Positions 25,205 to 35,195 of a stretch of 64,000 bases of DNA are shown piece after piece. Source of the DNA: Felis catus (taxonomy: Eukaryota); contig NC_058381.1 in NCBI RefSeq assembly GCF_018350175.1, positions 11,780,001-11,844,000 of the forward strand. Direction: 5' to 3'. The notes beneath the pieces are model-generated. The model worked only from the letters and a program-made list of their open reading frames with translations. It was not told the DNA's origin and did no database searches. Positions within the stretch are counted from its first letter, which is position 1; every line of letters starts with the position of its first letter. Made by a program: the position numbers and the translations under genes.

Positions 25205-27044
25205 TATCGTCCTGGTTTTAGACAGCATGCATGAGGTCTCCAGTGCATGATGCCTACTCCCGCCCCCCATCCCTGCCCCCCCCCCCCCTCCCCAGGCTGT
25301 CTGCTCTGCTGGCTTCTCACCCCCTCTCTTCCTGGGAACTCAGGGGGCCTCTGAGCTGGGCTGGCCCTAGACCCCAGCATGTCCACGAGGGTAACGAATG
25401 TGATCTAAGAGCTGAGCCTCCGTTATATACAGAAGAGGCAGACAAACATTTGTTGAGAACCCACGGCGTGTTGGGCGCTTTTGTGCTTATTACCGACGCT
25501 GATCCCCGTGTCAGTCTTGCTCAAGAGATATTATGCCTATTTTGTGATTCAGAATAGGGAGAGGCTTCAGTTTTACCCAAAGTCACCCAATATGCAAACG
25601 CTGATTTCAGTAATAGAAGCCCATTTAGTGATTGCTGGGAGCCACGCAGCCAGATCCAAGGCCAGGGGAGGGTAGGGAGAGGAGGGGAAGGCAATGAAGA
25701 AATGAAGAAGTGGCTTTTAGTTCTGATCTCCTTTTGTAGCAAGTGTCCAGCCACTGGCCAGCAAGGTCATCAGCAGATGTTTGCCCTGGAGCCGACTAGG
25801 AGATGTTGTGTGATAAATGGCTTCCCATATCTGAAGAGTAACCAAGGGGCAAAGAGAGATAACCCTGAGGGTGGAAAAGAGCTCTGTTTGTTACCACTTC
25901 AGGAAGGGTGACTTTGGGTTTGTATCATTAATACACACCCTGTTCAACAGTGGAACAGGCTACTTTTGGAAGTGATGAGTCTCCCATCACTTGGGGCATG
26001 TAAACAGAAGTGGCTTTTCTATTTGCCAGGGATGCTGAGAAAGGAATATTCCAGTGAGAGAGGTTGGCCTGGATGATTTCTGCAAGCTTTCAGACCTGGG
26101 AGTTTTCCAGTGGTCGAGCAAAGACTTCTGCCCCAAACTATCTTCCGCAGGAGGCTTTTGATCTGAACAGCCCCAATCACATTTGAGTCTGCAGTCTGGC
26201 TTCTCTATGCCTGGGTGTTTTCTTTTCACAGAAGGTGGCAGGGGGTGGATTAGGGGTGGAGGAGTGGATTTCTCTAGTTGCATCAGCTCTGGTGTGACCT
26301 CTGACATTTACCTTTCTTTGTTCCCAGATAAACCAAACACACACAAACTAATTTTTCTGGCTTCATAAAACAACCAGAGCAGCCAGGTAGGTCAGGAGGA
26401 AACTGGAGCTTCGGCAAAGTAGACACGTGGTGGGGGTAGGGGAAAGGCCCTTAGGAGCACTCCACCTTGGCAGGCTCCCCAGAACGGACTCTGGGTCCAG
26501 GAGGCCCTGCCTGGACACCCCGAGGAAGAGAGCCCTCCCGCCTCTGGTAACTAACTGATCAGGAGGCAAACCAGCTTTTGAGCACCTGTTGGGTACTCAG
26601 CTCTGTTGTGGCCAGTGGTAATTAAGTGCTTCCCGTGGGTCAGATCATGTGTGCTGAGTTTCACTGACATGTATTTCCCTTTCACTTTTGAGGAAACTGA
26701 AATTTGCCCATAGTCATACAGCTGGTGCATGCTCCAAAGCCAGGGTCCTTCCTGCCCTTCCTGTCTTGTTGGTGGACCTGCTCCATCCTAAGGATGTGGT
26801 GAAGGTTGGGACTCGGTGTAAAGCAGTCAGCACAGGGGCAAGCACACCAGGGCTAAGGGGGAGAGAAGCAAGTCACCCAAATCAGGAAGCAGCTGGCCTT
26901 GCAAACGTCCTGCGTGGGCTGGCAGCTTGCTGGGTGACTGCACAAATCTCTGGGAATCTGAGTCTATTTCCCTATATACGTAACACCCGGCTACAGAAGG
27001 GGCTCTCTGGGACCTGACCATCTAAAACCCCACCTACTTTTCTA

Positions 27045-27260
27045 GGGGCGCCTGGGTGGCGCAGTCGGTTAAGCGTCCGACTTCAGCCAGGTCACGATCT
27101 CGCGGTCCGTGGGTTCGAGCCCCGTGTCAGGCTCTGGGCTGATGGCTCAGAGCCTGGAGCCTGTTTCCGATTCTGTGTCTCCCTCTCTCTCTGCCCCTCC
27201 CCCGTTCATGCTCTGTCTCTCTCTGTCCCAAAAATAAATAAACGTTGGAAAAAAAAAATT
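27045..27260 (+). mobile_element. Young SINEC_Fc-type SINE just upstream of the CpG island
   Basis: TSD ccccacctacttttcta (27028-44 / 27266-82); CpGs intact. Confidence 0.95.
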
Positions 27261-28120
27261 TAAAGCCCCACCTACTTTTCTAAACTTCCTTCCCCTTCTA
27301 GTGGGCACCTCGTCCACCACCACTCCACAGATCATCAGCCGTTTCTGGATTCCTGAAATATCCCTAGTCCTGTCCTGTCTCCTGGCCTTTGCACATACTG
27401 CCTCTCTTCCCAATTTGTCCTGCCCTCACACTTCACATGCCTTGCACCTTCTCCTGTGTTCAGGCCCCCCTCAAGGGATTCTCAGGCACTTTGCCTTATC
27501 ATCTGACCCAGCCCCCAGTTTCCTTCCATCATAGAATTTACCCAAGTTATAATCCGTTATTCATGTTTTGTCTCTTCCATTAGGAAACAGTGAGGGCAGG
27601 GACCTGTGTTGTTCCCTACTGTACCCGCAGTACACAGACAAGTTCAGCAAGCACCCGGTGAGTGTACCAGAGAATGAATGAACAAAGAAGTGGAGGAGGT
27701 GTCTCTGACCGAGCCAAAGAATAGGGAGGCCGCAGGGGCGGGGGCCCAGGGTCCCGAGGAGTAGCCTCTGCTGGAGGCTACAGAGTGTGCTCGTCCTGTA
27801 CCGCCTCTGGGCGAAAGCAAATTTCAGAAGGGGGCAGGGGACCCCGAGCCTGGGCCAAAGTCCAAGTCCGCAGGGGGCTGCGCAGGAAGCTACTTATACC
27901 TAGGACCCGCAGCCGCCGCCTCCGAGCCCCACCGCCAGCCAAGGACAGGGAGGCCAGGTCAGTTGCGGGCCGGGTGCGGGAGCGGGGACCGAAGGGTCTA
28001 GGCGAGAGCCGCCTCGGAACTGGCAGTCACTGCGGCGCACGACCCTGGGACATAATAGCTCTGGGCTCCGCGAGATGCCGTCGCGAACTCCAGGAAAGTG
28101 GCGCTTCGCGAGGACAGGGG

Positions 28121-28139
28121 ACTACATTTCCCAGAAGGC
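28121..28139 (+). promoter_or_regulatory. ZNF143/THAP11-type SBS motif
   Basis: ACTACATTTCCCAGAAGGC fits ACTACAnnTCCCAnnnnGC, about 190 bp upstream of the ATG. Confidence 0.8.
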
Positions 28140-28311
28140 CGGGAGGAGTTGGGGTCACAGGCAAAGCGCCCCGGGCGGCAGAGCTTCCCGGCACCACAGG
28201 GCGGCTTCGGGCGGGGGGCGGGGGGCGAGTTGGCGGCGGCCGCGAGGCCCCGGCGTAGGCTCTCTAGAGGCGGCCCGGCTGAGAGCATCTGGCGGCCCGG
28301 GAGCGGAGCCT

Positions 28312-28374
28312 ATGGGCAGCTCGGTGGCGGGGCCGGACTGCTGCGGAGGCTTCGGCAATGTTGACTTTAGGCAG
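28312..28374 (+). CDS. PEMT: PEMT coding exon 1 (long-isoform N-terminal extension)
   Basis: Translates MGSSVAGPDCCGGFGNVDFRQ, matching the recalled human long isoform (..NSSVAGPDCCGGLGNIDFRQ). Ends at donor CAG|GTACTG (GT 28375-76), phase 0, inside a CpG island. Confidence 0.93.
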
Positions 28375-28619
28375 GTACTGACCGGGCCGCGCGGCTGGGG
28401 AGGCGGGGAGAGGGATCCCGCTGCCAGGTGGGTCTTCCGGGCTCTGCCGCCGCCGCCAACGCCCAGTGGGCGGGGCCACCCGTTACCAGGCAGCGGGGGC
28501 GGGACGCGGTGGGGGCGGGACTGCGCGCTCGGGGGCGGGGCGCTGGCGTGTGCGCGCGTGAGAGAGGGATCGTGGATGTCTCAGAACGAGTGCCTGAGAT
28601 TTTGTGTGTGGGGGGCGGG

Positions 28620-28620
<1 letters not shown>

Positions 28621-28652
<32 letters not shown>

Positions 28653-28656
28653 CGCG
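28621..28656. repeat. (TG)12(CG)6 compound repeat
   Basis: Read directly from the sequence. Confidence 0.95.
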
Positions 28657-29629
28657 CCTCTGGGATTGTGTGGTCAGTTGCCCCAAGAGTGTGTGCCCTG
28701 AGTGTGAGTGTGTGGGACTGGGACTGGGCGTGGAAGCGTGTGAGGGAGGCCACGCAGGTGTATTTGGGAGTGTGCGTGGTGGCAGCATGTGGCTGTGTGG
28801 GACATGGGAGGCCCCTGCCGCAGTTGCGTCCCCCCTTCCCCGGGCTGGAGGCCAGCTCTGCAGCGGAGTCAAGAGAAAGGTTTGCACCCTGGCATCTCCA
28901 CCCCCTGGCGCTGAGCCGGCTGCAGAGTGTCGCCTCCTTCCCGGCTGGATGGGTAGAAAGAGTTTACAACCTTTCAGTGTTGTGCTAGGATGGGGTGGGA
29001 TGGGCCCTGCTGGCTGGAGACCCAGCTGCCCGAGTCAGCCCCTTTGCAAAGTCATAGGCCAGAGAGTTTGTGTTTTCTTGCTGTCTCTCCCCAGACTCCC
29101 CCTTCTAATGGCTGTTCCTCTCCAGGGTGTTCCCTCCTGTCAGAGCAGCTTCCTTTCCACCCTTCCACCTTTCTACCTGTTTCATTTGTCAGCCACTCTC
29201 TAAGGAGCCCGGGAGATGTGCCTCTGCCCCAAGCGGCCTTTCTTTAATCTAGAGCATCTTCCCCCCTTTATTCATTCACTGATACAGCCAGTCTTTGAGA
29301 ACTTTGAGAGACAGTAAGCCCAGAAGCATAGAACCTTCTCTGATGGGGGTAAAACTGGTCAATGTTTTAGAGAGTAGCTGGCGGAGAGGTGGGATTGAAA
29401 TCCCTGTATCTGTGAGGAGTTGACCTGCAATCTGAGACCCGAGTGATAAGCCAGCGGGGCCAGATGCCGTGGGTGGAGGGACAGCAGGGCAAAGGCCTTG
29501 AAGGGGGGGAGTATTTGTTCATCCAACAAAGAGCAGGCTAGCATCTGACCCTGAGAGAGTGCAGGATGACTTCAAGTGGATAGGTGGCCTCGTGAGGATG
29601 ATGTTATCCCATGGAATCCTTATGCTCTC

Positions 29630-29656
29630 TTTTTTTTTTAATGTTTATTTATTTTT

Positions 29657-29687
<31 letters not shown>

Positions 29688-29855
29688 CGTGAGTGGGGGA
29701 GGGCAGAGAGAGAGAGGGAGACACAGAATCGGAAGCAAGCTCCAGGCTCTGAGCTGTCAGGACAGAGCCGGACGTGGAACTCAAACTCGTGAACTGCGAG
29801 ATCATGACCTGAGCCACGGTCGGACGCTCAACCAAGTGAGCCACCCAGGTGCCCC
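29630..29855 (-). mobile_element. Can-SINE
   Basis: Consensus match with (GA)n expansion. Confidence 0.9.
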
Positions 29856-30295
29856 CTTACACTCATGAACTGTAAATGGCCATCCAGGGATCTCTGGGCC
29901 ACATGGTCCGTGGTGGGACTGCGATTCTTGTGTTCTGCCTTAGCAAGTGTTAGGAGTTTGGAATGCCAGAGGGACCTGGCTTAGGGGGTGGATGCTTCCT
30001 GGATGAATGACTCCGGGTGGAAGGGTGGGTCGCCATTGACCTGAGGTGGGACGTCGTTGAGCCGGGGGCCACCATGGGAGGGGGCAGCGGGCCCAGCACA
30101 GGCCCAGTGGAATGCTAGGGTGCTGCCGGCTAATCTGAGCAAGGCCTGTGTTCTAGACCTGGCTGCAGGGGTGAGAATCAGCCACGGGGAAGGGATGATT
30201 AACTGGGTGTGTGTGGGAAGGGCTTTTCTGCTCTCTCCCTTCCAGAGCTTGGTGGGGCTGTGCGGTCGGAGAGAACGGGGAGTGTTTCCAGGGAC

Positions 30296-30310
30296 AGGTC
30301 AGGGTGACCC
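30296..30310. promoter_or_regulatory. Perfect estrogen response element in PEMT intron 1
   Basis: AGGTCAgggTGACCC in unique sequence; PEMT is a known estrogen-induced gene in human and mouse hepatocytes. Confidence 0.65.
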
Positions 30311-30460
30311 CAGCTGACTAAAATTCACTTTTTTCCACTGCTGTTGATACAGATAAGCTTCCTGTTACCGAAGGATTTTTTTCTTAAAAACGACAACAAC
30401 ACAACATTATTATGTATTTGTCTTGTGGTAGTTCTCCTCCTTCAATCAGAATCTCTCTGT

Positions 30461-30652
30461 TTTTTTTAATGTTTATTTTTTATTTATTTTGAGGTGGGGA
30501 GAGGCAGAGAGAGAGGGAGAGAGGGAATCCCAAGCAAAGCTCCACACTCAGCAGGGAGCCCGATGCGAGGCTCAATCCCATGACCCTGGGATCATTACCT
30601 GAGCCGAAATCAAGAGTTGGATGCTCAACCGACTGAGACGCTCAGGCGCCCC
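30461..30652 (-). mobile_element. Older Can-SINE
   Basis: Consensus match. Confidence 0.85.
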
Positions 30653-30734
30653 CCAAAATCTCTGGTTTTAATCAGTCCCTGGCCCAAGTGAGCACCAAGG
30701 TTTCTCTTCACTCCATGGACATCTGTGCTAGCCC

Positions 30735-31148
30735 AGCACCATCCGATAGAAATAAAATGTGTCCCGTTTATCATTTAAGCTTGTCTAAGGGGCACTTGGG
30801 TGGCTCAGTCGGCTAAGCGTCCGACTTCAGCTCAGGTCACGATCTCGCGGTCCGTGAGTTCGAGCCCCGCGTCGGGCTCTGGGCTGATGGCTCGGAGCCT
30901 GGAGCCTGCTTCAGATTCTGTGACTCCCTCTCTCTCTGCCCCTCCCCCGTTCATGCTCTGTCTCTCTCTGTCCCAAAAATAAATAAACGTTAAAAAAAAT
31001 TAAAAAAAAAAAAAGAAATCAGTGATGTTACTTTTGACAGAATATTTTATTTAGCCTAATACCTGAAAAATACTATTTCGTCATGTGGCACGCTGCAAGT
31101 TCTCAATAGCCACCTGTGGCAGGTGGCTGCCGTATTCGACGGAACAGG
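30735..31148. mobile_element. MER3/MER33-like hAT-Charlie MITE interrupted by a + strand Can-SINE (30789-31013)
   Basis: tccgatagaaataaaatg.. and ..caagttctcaatagccacctgtggcaggtggctgccgtattcgac resemble MER3/MER33 ends. Confidence 0.7.
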
Positions 31149-31208
31149 GCAACCCTTGGGTACGACGCTCTTACCCTGTGCCTGTTCCAGCTGGTACGGA
31201 ATGTTGGG

Positions 31209-31427
31209 TTTTTTTTTTTTTCAATGTTTTTTATTTATTTTTGGGACAGAGAGAGACAGAGCATGAACGGGGGAGGGGCAGAGAGAGAGGGAGACACAGA
31301 ATGGGAAACAGGCTCCAGGCTCCGAGCCATCAGCCCAGAGCCTGACGCGGGGCTCGAACTCACGGACCACGAGATCGTGACCTGGCTGAAGTCGGACGCT
31401 TGACCGACTGCGCCACCCAGGCACCCC
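31209..31427 (-). mobile_element. Young SINEC_Fc-type SINE
   Basis: Near-consensus. Confidence 0.92.
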
Positions 31428-31696
31428 TGGTTTTGTTTTTAAGTTCAAAAAGTCCCTCGTTGGGATGAGGAGTTTACCTGCTGTGACCTCACCGATCGAG
31501 GTCGTTTTTGGCCCTCCCTACCCTCCCTGCCATGGGTTGCCAGAGCCTTGCTCCCCAGCCTGCCAGTTTGCTGTTCACAGGCAGGGGTGCCTCCAGGACT
31601 CAGCAGATGGCTCCAGTGGGGCCTAGGGGTCCCGGCTTCTTGGAGAACCCAGTGTGGCAGGGCACAGTCGCATGGGCGCCTCTCATGCCCTTTTCC

Positions 31697-31930
31697 TTTT
31701 TTTTAAAATTTTTTTAATTTTTTTTTAATTCTTATTTATTTTTTGAGACAGAGAGAGACAGAGCATGAGCAGGGGAGGGGTAGAGAGAGAGGGAGACACA
31801 GAATCCGAAGCAGGCTCCAGGCTCTGAGCCGTCAGCACAGAGCCCGACGCGGGGCTCGAACTCGCGGACCGCGAGATCGTGACCTGAGCCGAAGTTGGAC
31901 GCTTAACCGACCAGGCCACCCAGGCGCCCC
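31697..31930 (-). mobile_element. Can-SINE
   Basis: TSD tctcatgcccttttcc (31681-96 / 31931-46). Confidence 0.92.
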
Positions 31931-32191
31931 TCTCATGCCCTTTTCCATACGGACTCACCTGCTCTCGTGAGCAGATGGATGGTGTCACTTAGCGTAGGTG
32001 TCAAGAGACGCACTTCAGTTTCTGGATCTGTAAAATGGGGGCGACAGTTGTACGGTCCTCGTTGGTGATACAGGAGCCTGAGAAAACCATTGGAGACAAA
32101 ATCCCTGTGGCAGGTGTGGGATGTCTTGACTGCCTTTCGGGGAAGATGTTTGCCTGCGATACGAATTGTTTTTAAAGAATCTTTTGATGTT

Positions 32192-32600
32192 GGGGCACCC
32201 AGGTGCCTCAGTCATTTGAGCCTCTGACTCTTGTTGATTTCAGACCTGACCCAGGGTCGTGGGATCAAGCCCCGCGCGTTGGGCTCTGCACTGAGCGTGG
32301 GGCCTGCTTAAGATGTTCTCTCTCTCTCTCTCTCTCGCTCTCGCTCTCGCTCTCTCTTTCTCTCTCTCGGCACCTGGGTGACTCAGTCCGTTAAGCATCT
32401 GACTCTTGGTCTTGGCTCAAGTCATGGCCTCTCAGTGCGTGAGTTCGAGCCCCACATCGTGCTTGCTGCTGTTAGCGTGGAGCTTGCTTGGGATTCTGTC
32501 TCTCCCCCTCCTTCTCTCTGCCCGTTCCTCACTCATGTATGCACTCTCACAAATAAATATTTAAAAAATTTAAAAAAAAGATTCTCCCTCTCAAATGAAT
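32192..32600 (+). mobile_element. Nested Can-SINE pair (second at 32369-32580, within the CT tract of the first)
   Basis: Two tRNA heads; the CT tract resumes after the second tail. Confidence 0.8.
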
Positions 32601-32809
32601 TTTTTAAAAATCTTCTGATGCTATTACTTTATTTAAATAAATATCAGTCCGTTTTATTGGATGACTTATTTTGTGAAGTTCTCAAGGACATAATCTTTAT
32701 TTCGGTATTTTGGATCAGTCAAGACAGGAGGGTTGGGGCTTTTTTCTGCCCCTCATTGTAACCTTGGAGAAGGCATTTAAACTCACAGAACCTCAGTTTC
32801 TTCTGCTTC

Positions 32810-34560
32810 TGTTGAAATGATCATGCGGCTCTTCCTTATTTGTCTGCTAATGTGGGGAATCACACTGATGCTTTGATTGTTGAACCAGCCCTGCATTCCG
32901 GGGGTGACTCAGGATCCTGATGTGTTAATCCTTTGTGTATGTTGCTAGAGTTGCTTTGCTTTGTTTTATTGTTGAGGATTTTGGTGGCCGTATTCATGAG
33001 GAGTATGGTTTGTTGTTTTCTTGTTGTGCCTTTGTGTGGTTTTAGTATTAAGGTAATGCTGGCCTCTTAGTGTGAGTTGTGAAATCATCCCTCCTGTACT
33101 GATTTCTGGGGGAAATTGTGTGGTTCTGGTGTTATCTCTTCCTTAAATGTTAGTAGAATTCATCCAATGAAACCATCAGGGCCTGGAGCTTTCTTTTTTG
33201 GAAGGTTTTTAAATGGGAATTTATTTTCTTTAGTAGATATAGGGCTATATCTTGGATGAACTTTGTTGGCTTATGTCTTTCCATGATTGGACCATTTCAT
33301 CTGAGTTGTTGACTTATGGGCATAAGCTCCTTTATTACCCCTCTAATGTTTGTGAGTTCAGTAGGGGAGGCCCCTCTTATATTCTCGGTATTGGTAATTT
33401 GTGTCTTCATTTTCCCTTGGTCAATGTAGCTAGAGGTATTTTTTCCCAAAATACATGTTTTGGGTTTGATTTTTTTTTTTCCTCTGTGTTTTTTCTGTTT
33501 TCAGTTTGATTGATTTTTGCTTTTATTTTTTCCTTTTGCTTGCTTTGAGTTTAATTTCCTTCTCTTTCTCTATTATGTTAAGGGTGAAGCCTATGTTACT
33601 GCTTTGAGCCTTTTCTTTTTCATCAAGATAACACTTATCTCTTAGCCCTCTGGCCCGCAATTTCTGATATTGCATTTTCATTTTCGTTCAGTTCAAAATA
33701 TGTTAAAATTTCCCTTCAGACTTCCCCTTTGACCCATGGATCATTTGGAAGTGTGTTCTTTAGCAAATATCTGTCTGTTATTGATTTCTAGTTTAATTCT
33801 GTCATGATTCAGGAGCATTCTTTTATGCTTTCTGATTCTTTTATTAAAAATTTTTTTGGGGCACCTGGGTGGCGCAGTCGGTTAAGCGTCTGACTTCAGC
33901 CGGGTCACGATCTCGCGGTCCGGGAGTTCGAGCTCCGCGTCAGGCTCTGGGCTGATGGCCCGGAGCCTGGAGCCTGTTTCCGATTCTGTGTCTCCCTCTC
34001 TCTCTCTGCCCCTCCCCCGTTCATGTTCTGTCTCTCTCTGTCCCAAAAATAAATAAAAACGTTGAAAAAAAATTTTTTTAAGTTTACTTATTTAGAGAGA
34101 GAGAGAGCACAAGCGGGGGAGGAACAGAGAGAGGGAGAGAAAGAGAATCCCAAGCAGGCTCCACGCTGTCAGCACAGAGCCTAAACCACGAGATCATGAC
34201 CTGAGCTGAGATCAAGAGTCAGACGCTTAACTGACCGAGCCACCCGGGTGCCCCCTGATTCTTGGAAATTTAAGATTTGTTTTACAGCCCGATTTGGTCT
34301 GTCTTGGTGAATGTTTCCATGCGCCTGGGAAGAATGTGTTTTGCTGTTATCGCGGGACGTTCTATGAACGTCAGCTAGGCCAAGGGGTTGACAATATTGT
34401 TCAGGCCGTCCTCGTCACTACTGATTTTCGCTCCTGCTGCTCCCACCTGCTTCCTAGCTGCTCCCTCAGTTCTGAGAGAGGTCTCCAACTGTCACTGTGG
34501 ATTTGTCTGTTTCTTCTTTCAGTTCCGTCGGTGTTTTCTTCATGTGTCGGCCTCAGTTTT
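32810..34560 (-). mobile_element. Old L1M ORF2 fragment, antisense in intron 1
   Basis: T-rich; ttgaaccagccctgcattcc, attaaggtaatgctggcctc, gaaaccatcagggcctggag. Confidence 0.8.
33858..34255. mobile_element. Young + SINE (33858-34067) inside the poly-T tail of an older - SINE (to 34255)
   Basis: Inner TSD aaaaattttttt; outer TSD ctgattctt (33832-40 / 34255-63). Confidence 0.88.
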
Positions 34561-34747
34561 TAATCTGCAAGATGGGCGTGTCTCACAGTGTTGTCGTGTG
34601 GACTGAATAACACAGCAACAATAACTAACATCGATCCGACTCTGCCAGGTGCCAGACACGGTACCAAATGCTTTCTTCGCATTATCTCATTTAATCCTTC
34701 TGACAGTCCTGTGAAGGAGGTACCGCTACCTCAAAGCTTATGGAGGG

Positions 34748-35195
34748 CAGGATACCTGGGTGGCTCGGTCAGTTTAGCACCGGACTCTTGATTTTCTCCT
34801 CAGGTCATGACCTCACGATTTGTGAGGTCGAGTCCCGAGTGAGGCTCTGTGCTAACAGTGCGGAGCCTGCTTGGGATTCTCCCTCCCTGTCTCTCTGCCC
34901 CTTCCCCCGCTTATTCACGCTCTCTCTCTCAAAAATCAATAAATAAACATTAAAAAAACCAAAGTTTACTCGGGCTCGTGGGGGTGGCTCAGTCAGTTGA
35001 GCGTCCGACTCTCGATTTCTGTTCAGGTTACAATCTCATGGGTTCGTGGGATTGAGCCCCCACATCAGGCTCTGCCCTAGAGTGCGGAGCCTGCTTGGGA
35101 TTTTCACTGTCACTCTTTCTCTGCCCCTCCCTTTCTCTCTCTCTAAAAAAATAAATAAATAAACAAACACAAAAAAAAAATAAAACAAACAAACA
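34748..35195 (+). mobile_element. Two tandem older Can-SINEs inside a MIR
   Basis: Heads at about 34748 and 34972; aaagctta-like repeats flank them. Confidence 0.82.

Larger units (their letters stand above)
27720..28660. promoter_or_regulatory. CpG-island promoter of PEMT
   Basis: Very high GC and CpG density, multiple GGGGCGGGG boxes, surrounds exon 1. Confidence 0.9.

Noticed and set aside
27655-27663. Donor-like CCG|GTGAGT
   Set aside because: Lies in an L2-like tail upstream of the island with no promoter or acceptor support.
28075-28701. 208-aa ORF with an in-frame ATG at 28075 extending PEMT
   Set aside because: The ATG lies upstream of the ZNF143 site, probably before the TSS. Open frames are expected in a CpG island, and the 3' part is intron read-through into (TG)n.
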